Source of the DNA: Trueperaceae bacterium
Lineage (GTDB): Bacteria > Deinococcota > Deinococci > Deinococcales > Trueperaceae
Length of the DNA: 64,000 nucleotides
Assembly: GCA_965213925.1 (NCBI GenBank)
Contig: CBDCAM010000001.1
Coordinates: forward strand, 63,738-127,737
Direction: 5' to 3'
Under the pieces are notes generated by a model that saw nothing but the letters and a program-made list of their open reading frames with translations, had not been told where the DNA came from and ran no database searches. Shown here piece after piece: positions 1 to 10,282 of this stretch. A program made the translations under genes and the position numbers. Positions within the stretch are counted from its first letter, which is position 1, and every line of letters starts with the position of its first letter.

Positions 1-138
1 CCTATACGAAAGCAGAAAGCGGTGGTAGAGGTAGACCGCATGCGAGATGACCGCTTTGGGGAAGCGGTAGCCCTTGGGTCGTTCGGCACTCTCGGTCATT
101 GGGGCAGCCTAACCCATCTCAAACAACTTGACGCAACC
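1..138 (-). mobile_element. IS6-family element, partial (cut by window edge); transposase N-terminus at 99..1
   Basis: The minus strand from ATG 99 reads MTESAERPKGYRFPKAVISHAVYLYHRFLLSYR, nearly identical to the IS6 transposase at 17626-18342. A terminal IR GGTTGCGTCAAGTT ends at 138. Confidence 0.85.
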
Positions 139-152
139 CATCATGCCTGTTT

Positions 153-1496
153 CTACTGCTGTGGCAGCTTAATTTGGGACATCACTTCAACGGCTTTTCC
201 TGTACTTAATGAGCGATTGGCGGCAACTCCCACCAAGACACTGATGATGCCATCCATATAACCAGCTGCGCGGCCTAGCGGATCCTGACTTACCCCTCTG
301 AACATGTCATCAAATATTCGAACGTCACCACCCTCATGGTTCCCTTTGGGCTGTTCAAAGGCAACTTCTTGGGCCCGCTCCCAGTGTTTCTGTATGACAA
401 TGCCAGGTCGTGATAGCTTTAGTTCTCCCGTGCCCCGTGCGGAGGGGTTGGTGGAGGCTATCCCTCCTTGCGGATGATTGAATTCGTTGTCTGAAAGATG
501 GGGTCGCATAACAGTTTCTATCTCCAACCTTCCTTTGCTGCCATTGATAGAGATTCGGTCGCCTTCCCAGGGGCAATGAGTATTGAGAGAGTAAGTTAGG
601 ACAGCACGGTTTTCATAGCGGACAACTACTGCTAACGTATCCTCGATCGTTATACCATCGCCGAATACATCCTGATTTCGGTCATAACCGTCCTCATCTT
701 TTGCAGAAAGGAACATCTCCCGCAGATTCGGACTCCGTTCCATGTCAAGGTAAAAACGTTTTCTCGTTTCAGAATGCAAGGAGGTTTTTGCTTCTGGGTC
801 TACGCCTGCGTATCGACGTATTAAGTTCTCGCGACCGTAATACTGAAGGCCACCAACCGCATAAGCCACTTCCGGGAAACAGTCAAGCCACCAATTAACC
901 AAATCAAAATGATGGGTAGCTTTATGTATCAGCAGCCCCCCTGACTTTTCTTTTTCACGATGCCAGCGACGGAAGAAATCCGCTCCATGATGTGTATCTA
1001 GCAGTTCCTCATAGTGGATTGAGAGTACTTCGCCTATCTCCCCTTTGCGTATAATCTCCTTCACTTTTGAATTTCGAGGCATGTAACGGGCGTTGAACGC
1101 AACTCTTATATTTTGGCCTGTTTCCTGAACCGTATCCACTATGCGTTGGCACCCATCTGCTGTTACCGTTACGGGCTTTTCGGCAATGACGTCACACCCT
1201 GCTTTCATGACCCTAGCAATATAGTCGTCATGTGTATGATCAGGCGAAGTGATGATCACCGTATCTGGTTTGGTTTCAAGTATAAGCCGTTCTAGATCAC
1301 CTGGATAGTAGCAGTTAAGTTCGGAGTAAGACTGAAACCGGTCCCTTCCTCTTCGATTGAAAAAGCCCATACGAGCCTGATTTGTGTCACACAGGGCGAC
1401 GAGTCGGGCTACATCCGGATAGGTGCTGACCAATGCCTCAAAGTACATAAGACCACGTTCGCCTGTGCCGATTAGGGCGTATCGCTTCCTGCTCAT
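153..1496 (-). CDS. Gfo/Idh/MocA family oxidoreductase
   Basis: N-terminal GTGERG Rossmann motif, AEKP motif, GGLLIHKATHHFD. Confidence 0.9.
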   Translation of the reverse strand: MSRKRYALIGTGERGLMYFEALVSTYPDVARLVALCDTNQARMGFFNRRGRDRFQSYSELNCYYPGDLERLILETKPDTVIITSPDHTHDDYIARVMKAGCDVIAEKPVTVTADGCQRIVDTVQETGQNIRVAFNARYMPRNSKVKEIIRKGEIGEVLSIHYEELLDTHHGADFFRRWHREKEKSGGLLIHKATHHFDLVNWWLDCFPEVAYAVGGLQYYGRENLIRRYAGVDPEAKTSLHSETRKRFYLDMERSPNLREMFLSAKDEDGYDRNQDVFGDGITIEDTLAVVVRYENRAVLTYSLNTHCPWEGDRISINGSKGRLEIETVMRPHLSDNEFNHPQGGIASTNPSARGTGELKLSRPGIVIQKHWERAQEVAFEQPKGNHEGGDVRIFDDMFRGVSQDPLGRAAGYMDGIISVLVGVAANRSLSTGKAVEVMSQIKLPQQ

Positions 1497-1692
1497 TACT
1501 TCCTTTCGCTGATCAATTTATCGTCGCTTGTCACCTTCGCCAAGCCATTAAACTTTGCTTGTTCAGGTTGTGTTAGAAAAACTTACAAATGATGTTTACA
1601 AAGTGGCTCGTCGAACTCACATTTTGTGCAACACCCCTCTCCTAAAGGTTATTCACGAACGCGTGGACCCCCTCATGAAACGATTGCATAGC

Positions 1693-1721
1693 TTGACACA
1701 TATATTTCATCACTATATACT
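1693..1721 (+). promoter_or_regulatory. Sigma70-type promoter of the hydrolase/ABC operon
   Basis: TTGACA (1693-1698), 17-bp spacer, TATACT (1716-1721). Confidence 0.75.
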
Positions 1722-1745
1722 TATTTTTGATTAGAGTGAAAAAAA
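1721..1745. promoter_or_regulatory. Putative ROK (NagC-like) operator
   Basis: TTATTTTTGATTAGAGTGAAAAAAA is 19/25 identical to the site upstream of the ROK gene (11516-11540) and overlaps the predicted transcription start. Confidence 0.55.
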
Positions 1746-1773
1746 CTAAGGTGTTAGAATTGGAAGCTCACAC

Positions 1774-2832
1774 TTGAGTACTAAAAATTCTTATCCGGAT
1801 CTATGGACATCGCTTTACGCCGAGGAGAAGCGAGAGTTGGCGTTTGATACAAAAAAGGGAATTAATACAAGAGAGTGGCAATGCGAACTTCGCAAGACAC
1901 TGTGGGAACTTCTTAGCCCATGGCCCTCGCGTGTACCTCTCGAGCCAAGCATTGTTCATGATGCGGACTGTCGATTCTATAGACGTTACCGAGTCACTTA
2001 CCGCACTACTCGATACCTTGAAGCATGTGCGTATCTGCTTATACCGAAAGCCGCCTCCGACGCCAACCCGATGCCTGCTATCTTATGCCTACACGGTCAT
2101 GCGATGAACCCCATAGAGCGGCGCGGAAAGGAAAATGTTGTAGGTGTAACCGATACGTCTAAGCCAAAGCAGCAAGAGGCAATTCGATTAATGAACTACG
2201 ACTATGCACATCAGCTCGCCAATCAAGGGTTCGTTACTTTAGCTGCTGATACGTTGGGCTGGGGAGATCGTGCTGCTGGATACGAGTTTTCAGGTCGAGA
2301 TCCTTGCAATATTCACTACCTCAAGGCACAACTATGGGGTTTGAATCTGATGAGTATTCATCTTCATGAAGACATGTGTGCCTTGGATTTCTTACAGGGA
2401 CTTCCAGAGGTGAATTCAGACCAGTTGGGTACAATCGGCCTATCAATGGGAGGGACACGCGCACTGTTTCTCGCCGCACTAGATGAACGAGTGAAGGCTG
2501 TTGATGTCTCATGTTTTTTAACTACATTTTCCCATTACGCCATCCGAGCGAGTGACATTTGTGGCGCGCAGCTGGTTCCCGGAATCCTTCGGTACGCGGA
2601 ACTTAGTGATGTAGCAGCGCTTATTGCCCCGCGCGCCGCGCTTTATGAGTCAGGTACAGGAGATCACATATTTCCTGTTGAAGTTGCTCAAGAAGTTTAT
2701 CAATCTGTAAAGCGAGTATACGAAGAGTATGGCGAAGCTGAACTTGTAGAGCATGAGATTTTTAAAGGAGGTCATAGATTTGCTGGAGGCCGAGCGTTCT
2801 CTTTTTTCGAAGAGCGACTAAAAAGTGGGTGA
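1774..2832 (+). CDS. Alpha/beta hydrolase (dienelactone hydrolase/acetyl-esterase-like)
   Basis: PAILCLHGH, nucleophile elbow GLSMGG, C-terminal GGHRF. Confidence 0.85.
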   Translation: MSTKNSYPDLWTSLYAEEKRELAFDTKKGINTREWQCELRKTLWELLSPWPSRVPLEPSIVHDADCRFYRRYRVTYRTTRYLEACAYLLIPKAASDANPMPAILCLHGHAMNPIERRGKENVVGVTDTSKPKQQEAIRLMNYDYAHQLANQGFVTLAADTLGWGDRAAGYEFSGRDPCNIHYLKAQLWGLNLMSIHLHEDMCALDFLQGLPEVNSDQLGTIGLSMGGTRALFLAALDERVKAVDVSCFLTTFSHYAIRASDICGAQLVPGILRYAELSDVAALIAPRAALYESGTGDHIFPVEVAQEVYQSVKRVYEEYGEAELVEHEIFKGGHRFAGGRAFSFFEERLKSG

Positions 2833-2899
2833 TACTCTTCAACCGTCTAGGCACACCAGTAAGGTATACAACAACTCAACAAAGGAATGAGGTAGAAAA

Positions 2900-4138
2900 A
2901 TGGCTGGCCGTTTTTTGGTGTTAGTGGTTCTCATAAGTTTTGTTTCTGTGACTCAGGCACAGGAAACACAGATCACCTACGGTTACTGGGACGCGAATCA
3001 AACAGAAACCATCGCAGAGCAGATAAAAGTTTTTGAGGAAATGCACCCTGATATAACCGTTGAACCTCAACTCTTCCCGTGGACGGAGTACTTTACGAGG
3101 CTTCAAACAGGTGTCGCGGGTGGCTCTGCATTTGATGTGTTCTGGATCAACGGACCGAACTTTCCGGTTTACGCTTCTCAAGGGGTATTAATGAGCTTAG
3201 AGGAGCTCGTAAGTAGCGGGCAGATCGAACCCAACTTGTATCCACAGGCGCTGATCGAAGCCTACAGCTACAACGGCGAGCTTTACGGCGTTCCGAAAGA
3301 ATTTGACACGATCGCACTTTACTATAACAAAGCCATGTTTGATGCGGCCGGAATCGAGTATCCCTCCGAAGATTGGACTTGGCAAGACCTGAGGGGGGCC
3401 GCGGAAAAGTTGACGATCAGGGACGGTAGTCGGGTTGCGCAATACGGAATGACGGCACACACTCTAGCTCAGCAAGGTTGGGCGAATTTCGTGTTTCAGA
3501 ACGGTGGGCGCGTACTCAGCGAGGACGGAAGCAGCGTGGTCTTGGATGAGCCAGCCGCTTGCGAAGCGCTTTTGTTCGTTTACGACTTTGTGGCAGATGG
3601 CCTAGCTCCTGATGGCGCGGTGCTGACGGCGGAAGGGTGGGAGCCAGCCGTCAATCAGTTTCCAGCCGGTAGGATAGCCATGACTCCTGGTGGCTCTTGG
3701 TTAGCGACATTCCTGCACGGAGCCAATCCGGATATTGGTATCGCCCCACTTCCCAGAGGTGAGCAACAGGCTTCCATTATCCATGGGGTAGCTAATGTTG
3801 TTTGGTCTGGAAGTCGCAGTAAAGAAGCAGCTACCACTTTCGTAGCTTTCTTGGCTTCTCGTTCAGCGCAAGAGATTGTTGCTGAATATGGTCAAGTTAT
3901 ACCTGCCATGGATGGTCTACAGGAAGCCTGGGTTCAAGCCATCCCAGAGTCGAACAGGCAGGTCTTCATCGATGCTGTAGACTACTCTGTACCGCTTCCT
4001 TCAATGACGACAGATAAGGGCACTGAGTGGGAAACTAGAGTGGATCAAACCTTACGCGACGCCTGGCTGGGAAATATACCACGTGACCAGATTTGTCAGC
4101 GAGTCACAGAAGAAGGTAATGCGGCGTTAGAGCGTTAA
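2900..4138 (+). CDS. Sugar ABC transporter substrate-binding protein
   Basis: Signal peptide, LYYNKAMFDAAGI..P..DWTW motif, adjacent permeases. Confidence 0.92.
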   Translation: MAGRFLVLVVLISFVSVTQAQETQITYGYWDANQTETIAEQIKVFEEMHPDITVEPQLFPWTEYFTRLQTGVAGGSAFDVFWINGPNFPVYASQGVLMSLEELVSSGQIEPNLYPQALIEAYSYNGELYGVPKEFDTIALYYNKAMFDAAGIEYPSEDWTWQDLRGAAEKLTIRDGSRVAQYGMTAHTLAQQGWANFVFQNGGRVLSEDGSSVVLDEPAACEALLFVYDFVADGLAPDGAVLTAEGWEPAVNQFPAGRIAMTPGGSWLATFLHGANPDIGIAPLPRGEQQASIIHGVANVVWSGSRSKEAATTFVAFLASRSAQEIVAEYGQVIPAMDGLQEAWVQAIPESNRQVFIDAVDYSVPLPSMTTDKGTEWETRVDQTLRDAWLGNIPRDQICQRVTEEGNAALER

Positions 4139-4144
4139 GCCTGA

Positions 4145-4190
4145 CGGCATCCTCTAAACCTTGTGAGTTTAGAGGATGCCGGTTTTTATT
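4145..4190 (+). terminator. Intercistronic stem-loop/partial terminator after the SBP gene
   Basis: Perfect 15-bp stem CGGCATCCTCTAAAC/GTTTAGAGGATGCCG followed by a T-run. Confidence 0.75.
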
Positions 4191-4200
4191 AGAGGGAAAA

Positions 4201-5142
4201 ATGCAGAAGCAAGCGCTTAGCAAAAAGAAAAAAGACTCCCTGAATACTCTTCAAGGGAAGCGTCACAAGCGCTTGAGCCAGCGCGAGTCGCTCTGGGGAT
4301 ACTTGTTAATTACACCCTTGATGGCCGGCTGGATAGTCTTTTTTCTCATTGGCTTGTTCGCTTCTCTCGGTATCAGTTTCACGCAGTGGAATCTTCTAAC
4401 TGCGCCAAGCTGGGTTGCACTTGACAATTATGCGCGTCTTCTAAAAGATCCATTATTTTTCGAAACCCTTAAGAACACGCTGTTTCTCGCCTTGCTTTAC
4501 GTTCCACTCAGTACAGTTGTCTCACTGTCTTTAGCCTTGGCTCTGAATAGAGAAATTCAATTCCGCGCCTTTTACCGTACCGTTTATTTTCTTCCTGTAC
4601 TCACGATGCCTGTTGCAAGTGCCACAATCTGGCAGTGGTTGTACAATCCGAGTTTCGGGCCGGTGAACTACTTCCTCTCAACGTTCGGATTACCTTCACC
4701 CGCCTGGCTCTCAGACCAGAATACCGCCATGATCGCGGTTGTTATAGTTTTAGTGTGGAACATTGCGGGGTATAATATGGTACTTTTCTTGTCAGGTCTG
4801 CAGAACATCCCAAAGGAGTACTATGAGGCAGCTGAGATTGATGGAGCTGGGGCGTGGCCCAGCTTTCGCTACGTCACTTTGCCCCTCGTCGCCCCCACCA
4901 CCTTCTTCGTCGTAACAACCACGCTAATTCTAGCGTTTCAGGTTTTCGATGTAATATATGTGATGACGCAGGGCGGTCCTGCTGACAGTACACGTACTTT
5001 GGTTTACTACATTTACGAGGAAGCATTTCAATTTTTAAGGATGGGGTATGCGTCGGCCATGTCGTGGATACTGTTTCTTATTATTTTAATCTTTACTTTA
5101 TTTCAGTTCCGATTGCAGCGGTACTGGGTGCATTACCAATGA
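4201..5142 (+). CDS. Carbohydrate ABC permease (MalF/UgpA-like)
   Basis: TM segments, EAA loop YYEAAEIDGA. Confidence 0.92.
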   Translation: MQKQALSKKKKDSLNTLQGKRHKRLSQRESLWGYLLITPLMAGWIVFFLIGLFASLGISFTQWNLLTAPSWVALDNYARLLKDPLFFETLKNTLFLALLYVPLSTVVSLSLALALNREIQFRAFYRTVYFLPVLTMPVASATIWQWLYNPSFGPVNYFLSTFGLPSPAWLSDQNTAMIAVVIVLVWNIAGYNMVLFLSGLQNIPKEYYEAAEIDGAGAWPSFRYVTLPLVAPTTFFVVTTTLILAFQVFDVIYVMTQGGPADSTRTLVYYIYEEAFQFLRMGYASAMSWILFLIILIFTLFQFRLQRYWVHYQ

Positions 5143-5963
5143 GAAGCACACAGGTTCTATCAAGGCTCTTTCTCCATACATTTCTTCTAGTAACTGGCGT
5201 GCTCTTTTTACTACCTTTCGTCTGGATGATCGCCACGTCCCTAAAGCCAACCCGTGACCTATTCACGTTAGTGCCAAACCTAATTCCAAGTGAGATACGT
5301 TGGCAAAACTACCTGGACGTTTTAGACTCAATTCCGTTTGTGCGCTTTTACCTAAATACAATCTTGATGACTTCTGGAAGGGTTGCTGGACAAGTTATAC
5401 TTTGCTCACTCGCCGCGTTCGCGTTTGCTCGGCTGCGCTTTCCTGGGAAGAATATACTTTTCGTGTTACTTCTTGCAGCACTCATGATACCATCACAAAT
5501 GCTGTTCATTCCGAACTTCATCATTCTCAAGTACTTTGGTTGGTTAGATACCTTCACAGGTTTGATTATTCCATCAATTTTCAGTGCCTATGGAACCTTT
5601 CTTCTGCGCCAATTCTTTATGACCATCCCAAGCGAATTCCAAGAAGCCGCGGTTCTTGAGGGAGCCAATCCATTGCAGATTTATTGGTATATATTCCTTC
5701 CGCTTGCGAAACCAGCACTGTCCGCTTTCGCCCTACTTGTGACGCTATGGTCTTGGAACGACTTCCTGTGGCCTCTCATTATTACTAACAGTATCGACAT
5801 GCAGGTTCTTTCGGTAGGAGTCGCATACTTTCAGGGGCAGCATACTGTGGATACAGCCGCCATGATGGCCGCGGCAACTATGGCAACAATCCCTATGCTT
5901 CTAGTCTTTCTGGTTGCGCAGCGGCAGCTCATCCACGGCATTTCCCTCGGAGGGCTGAAATGA
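5139..5963 (+). CDS. Carbohydrate ABC permease (MalG/UgpE-like)
   Basis: EAAVLEGA, WNDFLWP. The likely start ATG 5139 overlaps the upstream stop (ATGA). Confidence 0.92.
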   Translation: MRSTQVLSRLFLHTFLLVTGVLFLLPFVWMIATSLKPTRDLFTLVPNLIPSEIRWQNYLDVLDSIPFVRFYLNTILMTSGRVAGQVILCSLAAFAFARLRFPGKNILFVLLLAALMIPSQMLFIPNFIILKYFGWLDTFTGLIIPSIFSAYGTFLLRQFFMTIPSEFQEAAVLEGANPLQIYWYIFLPLAKPALSAFALLVTLWSWNDFLWPLIITNSIDMQVLSVGVAYFQGQHTVDTAAMMAAATMATIPMLLVFLVAQRQLIHGISLGGLK

Positions 5964-6090
5964 GCATACATTAGTCAATCTCGAGTGAGGTAGTCCAACA
6001 ACTTCTGATGTGAGCCGCACTCGCTCGGTTGTAACATGACCTAGGGGGTCTCTGGTTGCTTAGAATTTGATTGAACCGTCTACACTTGAG

Positions 6091-6213
6091 CTAGGGTCTG
6101 TCTGACTAAAGCTAAATTTAGCGTTCCTGACGGACCTAAAGGGTGTTCAGCCTAAAAGGATGATTTGTGCGTGCAGTACAGCATTCAGACCCGATCAGTC
6201 AGACAGACCCTAG
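6091..6213. mobile_element. MITE-like miniature element (probably IS5-family derived)
   Basis: Perfect 17-bp terminal IR CTAGGGTCTGTCTGACT...AGTCAGACAGACCCTAG around a ~90-bp non-coding core. Confidence 0.7.
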
Positions 6214-6362
6214 TCGGCTTCATAACTCAGCCTCAACGACCTCGCTGCCCTACCGATCTTTCACCGCTTGCGCGTGCGCGAGATACCAAGGGAAGCGTCC
6301 CTCTGCTCTCGTATGGTTGAAACAGAGAACGCCCTGCTTGGTTTCGACCAACCACGCCAACT

Positions 6363-8360
6363 CTAAGCTGCTCCAGCTGTGACGTCGGGAATGCCTGGTC
6401 CTGCGTTCTCATCCTCCCGCGCGTATGTGTAAAGCCACTCTTGCCACATAGCGCAGTCACAGACAGTGTGCAGCGTGTCCTCATGTTGCATGAGGTAATC
6501 TCCCGCTTTCTTGTACGCAGTGCCTAGTCCCGAAGATTTCCCGCCTGCTAAATCTACCAAGCCTTTGAGAATGATACCAATAAAATCTAAGCCATAGCGA
6601 AGATATACAAATGAGGTTCTCTGCGCTAAAGGTAAATCGCTAGCATGTTTGACTCTCTCTTGACAGAGCTCCAAAAGTTGTCCTAACACTAATTCTGCTT
6701 CCCGGAGGTTATTTTGGTAAGTTGGAGACGGTGTTTCCTCGAGACCAAAAATGATATCGGAATCCATAAGCGCGCTTATGATCCGCATTTTCTCCAGCAC
6801 CTGCATACCATCAGGGCCGAAAGCGGAAGAAAAGTAGTCATCCTGGATCTTTTTAACCGGTAAACTCGGGTCCCAGAGCGTCCGGCCACTCACCTCCATG
6901 GCTATGCCGGTTGGGAAAAAGTACCGTTGAACCTGACAGTTAATTAGCCCTTGAAGGTCAAGGTCATCAATCTGCTGAATATCTCTGTGAAGGATCGCCG
7001 AGATAAACAGCCCAGTCGGCTCGACGATCGAGTGCTTCCAGAGCAGGTGATAATCGTACACGAACCCGTCGCCCGAAAAGCCGCGCTTCCAGTCCCGGAG
7101 GTAGTGGACGTTCACAGTCGTGGATTTAGGGAAAATGTTTTTATTACGGCTGTAAGGAACGGGCGTTTCCGGCACGGCCGGTGCCTCGAGCAAAGCGTTG
7201 CGCCACATACGTGTCAGCGGGGCAAACATTATGACGAACCGCTCGGGACTTTCGATACGTGACTCCTGTGGTGCCCATAACAGGTCGGCGTATGCGAGAA
7301 ACACGATCCTGGTGGAGATCTCGCGCTCCCGTAGCTTCCGATCAACTGCGTTTAGCACGTCGACGTAATAGTCGGACGGGAGCTTAGTGCTGCACGCCTC
7401 GCACTCACATCTGTTGTTCCACCCGTCCGACATCCACAGGTGTAGCAGGTCGATCTCGGGGCGCTTCTCAGCGTACCCGACAACATGATCGACCAGCAAA
7501 TCAAACGCTCTAGAGTTGGAAAGGCACAGCTCTGTGTTGATGGGAACCCCTCCCCACCACTCCCGCTTTCCATCAACTTCCGCTAAAAGTTGGCGGGTAT
7601 CTTCAGGTGGCGCGCTGTCCGTTCTGATCCAGCCAGTGCCGGGCACCCCCAATGCCTCACAGGTCCAGCCGTGGCCAACCATCTGGAGCGTCAAACCTCG
7701 CTGCTTGATCTCGGTGACTAATTGGTTGGTGAACGCTTCTGCTTGTTCCGGTGTGAGATTTCGCCGCTGAACTTCCCTGGGCACGTCGGGATCGCGCAAG
7801 TGACGATCGTACCAGCGACTCCAGAACATATACGCATTCTTGAACTGAATGAAGTAAGTGTTGAAGCGCTTTTTGGCGAGATAGTCGACGAGTGCTACGG
7901 CGTGCTCGATAGAGACGCCCCCCTCTATGCACACGCCGCGGTATCGGTATCCCGGGCGCTCAAATACGTCATAGCCATCGAGTCGAACGTCCACACTGTG
8001 GGGGAGTACCTCACCGTCCTCGCCCATGCGGATCCACCTGCACCCCAAGGTTTCGAGATAGGCGTAAGCAGCGAAAAGAACACTCCTAGGGTTCGCGCCC
8101 GCCAAGATCAGCTGAAACTCTCCAACGGATCTCAGGTAGATTGCGTCGTCAAGGTCGTCGCGAAGGTCGCCAGTGTTATCCAGGCCCGCGAACGCGTCGC
8201 TGGTCCCCAGCCAAACGCCAGGTAGGCCGGGGTCATACTTCGTGCGGGCATCGAAGTAAACGTCTTTATTGCTTATCCGCCCAAGATATTCACGCAGCTG
8301 GGTGGCGGCAAATGAAACCACTGGGTGGTCAGAAAGCTGATAAATGACTACCTTACTCAA
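6363..8360 (-). CDS. DUF4838-like putative glycoside hydrolase
   Basis: GH20/GH67-like N-domain (FAATQLREYL, GANPRSVLFAAYAYLE.LGCRW), ELCLSN, DGWNNRCECEAC. TTG start after a GGAGG RBS. Confidence 0.75.
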   Translation of the reverse strand: MSKVVIYQLSDHPVVSFAATQLREYLGRISNKDVYFDARTKYDPGLPGVWLGTSDAFAGLDNTGDLRDDLDDAIYLRSVGEFQLILAGANPRSVLFAAYAYLETLGCRWIRMGEDGEVLPHSVDVRLDGYDVFERPGYRYRGVCIEGGVSIEHAVALVDYLAKKRFNTYFIQFKNAYMFWSRWYDRHLRDPDVPREVQRRNLTPEQAEAFTNQLVTEIKQRGLTLQMVGHGWTCEALGVPGTGWIRTDSAPPEDTRQLLAEVDGKREWWGGVPINTELCLSNSRAFDLLVDHVVGYAEKRPEIDLLHLWMSDGWNNRCECEACSTKLPSDYYVDVLNAVDRKLREREISTRIVFLAYADLLWAPQESRIESPERFVIMFAPLTRMWRNALLEAPAVPETPVPYSRNKNIFPKSTTVNVHYLRDWKRGFSGDGFVYDYHLLWKHSIVEPTGLFISAILHRDIQQIDDLDLQGLINCQVQRYFFPTGIAMEVSGRTLWDPSLPVKKIQDDYFSSAFGPDGMQVLEKMRIISALMDSDIIFGLEETPSPTYQNNLREAELVLGQLLELCQERVKHASDLPLAQRTSFVYLRYGLDFIGIILKGLVDLAGGKSSGLGTAYKKAGDYLMQHEDTLHTVCDCAMWQEWLYTYAREDENAGPGIPDVTAGAA

Positions 8361-8602
8361 AACGAATGCCTCCAATACACTGGCTCTTAACCGCACCCGC
8401 CTTCAGATTTGCTTATAGATGCCGGTGCGCAAGAGAAAAAAGAGCAAAGACGGGAGCGTAAACAGTGTAGACGCGGCCATCAGCTCGTTCCACTAACGGA
8501 TTTGTTCGCGCCGCGGATACGGCAACGATGGAAAAGACAACAAGAGCGATGATCCGTTTTATGTTTCATCTCTACATCTTTGAAACGGAGAGGTGTCCCG
8601 CT

Positions 8603-9307
8603 TTAGGGCAGGAGTCGTTCGGTGGATACGCCCGGCCACCTCCTTTCACGCGAGAAGGCTTCAGCGTAGCGAACACCCGTTTGCAAGCCGCGATACTCAG
8701 CGACGATGCGCATCCAGTTAGCAAAATCGATGCCGCTGTGGTCTCTCATCCACTGAAGCTGGCTCTCGTGCTGAGACAACGCCTCTACTTTGGTACCATA
8801 CTCCGTGGTTACGTCAACGTACCAGTCTGGGTCAGTTCCGAAGCCCCCTAAGGTGTCCATCAGGAACACTTCTGGGACTTTTTTCAGGGCTGGGTGCCCA
8901 CTGTTTAGGTGCGGGATGGTCGCTAGGAAGGTCGCGGCAAACACCAGATGGTAAGTCGCACGGTGATCAGGGTGGTAGTCGCCGGGCGCGTGAGTTATTA
9001 CGAGGTCGGGCTGGCGTTTTCGGACGACCTCCACGACCTTTTGCCGCGCCTCTTTACTTTCGGAAAATAACCATTCATCGGGGAAGTCGAGCCACTCGAA
9101 GTCGGCACCGATTACCTCGGACGCGCGGGCTGCCTCAGCTCTTCGCACGTTCCTCAGCTCTGCGGGCAGGATACTCACATGGCCCATGTTGCCGTTCGTA
9201 AGACACACCATGGTCACGGCGTCACCCCGGAGAACGCACTTATGAAGCGTCCCACCTGCCATAAGCTCGAGGTCATCGGGGTGAGCACCTAAAGCGAGGA
9301 TTCGCAT
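8603..9307 (-). CDS. PIG-L family N-acetyl deacetylase
   Basis: AHPDD, HPDH and HESQ motifs. Confidence 0.92.
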   Translation of the reverse strand: MRILALGAHPDDLELMAGGTLHKCVLRGDAVTMVCLTNGNMGHVSILPAELRNVRRAEAARASEVIGADFEWLDFPDEWLFSESKEARQKVVEVVRKRQPDLVITHAPGDYHPDHRATYHLVFAATFLATIPHLNSGHPALKKVPEVFLMDTLGGFGTDPDWYVDVTTEYGTKVEALSQHESQLQWMRDHSGIDFANWMRIVAEYRGLQTGVRYAEAFSRERRWPGVSTERLLP

Positions 9308-9343
9308 CTGCGCCTCTCCGAAGTCATTGCGCTTCCCACTCCT

Positions 9344-10261
9344 TCACGCCATCTGAACGTCCACGTTCGCCGCGACGCCTCCCAGGAGCGTGACCGTTGT
9401 TGGTGCTAGTTGAAGGATCGAACCTGGCACGAGGGTGTTGACCGGGCCGTGAAGCGCGAGCCTGGCAATAAAGCGCTGCCAAGAGATGCCCCCACCCAGG
9501 TAACCGTCCAGCCAAAACGAGCGCTCTTTGGCGCTCATGATTTCCGCGGGGCCGATAGTGTTCGCTTTGGGGGGAACCATAGACCAGTCGCCGCTGAATG
9601 AGTGTAGGGCGTTTTGCATGATAGTCATAGGGTGAAGTTCGACTAACCGAGCTCCCGCTTTTTTATAAGCTTCAAGGTCGTTCCCGAATTCAAGGCCAAG
9701 TTGGGGCTCCCAGAAGGCGATGTGCCCACCCCAGCCGACGCCTCCGTAGCAGACGTCGGCACCGCCAAGGTCGGTGATCATCTGGCTATAGTCGTCAATG
9801 ACCTCTGCGGTCGGGAAATGGATCTGATCGGACGGGGGTTGGAGTTCGGGTTTGATCTTACCAAAGAATGAGCTGCGCATCGCGCGCTGAAAGGAGCCTG
9901 GCCACGAAACTGGTGCCGTATTGCCGTCCTCGTCAGCGTATTCGTCCATATTAAAGGAGACGAGGTGCTTGCAGTCGATCTGAAGCCGGTTGATCACTTC
10001 TGCCGCGAACTTATATTGCGGCATCGGACCTACGGGAAAGATCGCTACGAGCTTTTCTCCTCGCTCCCTAGACGCCTGTAACCGCTGGACGATGTCCATT
10101 GCGAACTGGAAGTAAAAGTCGGTAGGCTCCTCAACGATCCGTATGTTGAGGTCAGGGTTTGGATGGTCGGAGATCCTCTCCTTCGAGATGCTCCGAACGT
10201 CATCACACACCTGTTTGTCACGGTAGGTGATGAAATCGGCGAGCTTGTAGTCAAAAGCCAT
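9344..10261 (-). CDS. Glucosamine-6-phosphate deaminase/isomerase-like (NagB family)
   Basis: PVGPMPQY, FNMDEY, GGVGWGGHIAFWEP, VPGSILQ. Confidence 0.8.
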   Translation of the reverse strand: MAFDYKLADFITYRDKQVCDDVRSISKERISDHPNPDLNIRIVEEPTDFYFQFAMDIVQRLQASRERGEKLVAIFPVGPMPQYKFAAEVINRLQIDCKHLVSFNMDEYADEDGNTAPVSWPGSFQRAMRSSFFGKIKPELQPPSDQIHFPTAEVIDDYSQMITDLGGADVCYGGVGWGGHIAFWEPQLGLEFGNDLEAYKKAGARLVELHPMTIMQNALHSFSGDWSMVPPKANTIGPAEIMSAKERSFWLDGYLGGGISWQRFIARLALHGPVNTLVPGSILQLAPTTVTLLGGVAANVDVQMA

Positions 10262-10282
10262 AAAAACCTCCAGGCGGCGGGA

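Noticed and set aside
1675..1689. LacI/cre-like site ATGAAACGATTGCAT
   Set aside because: Imperfect, single copy, and no linked LacI gene.
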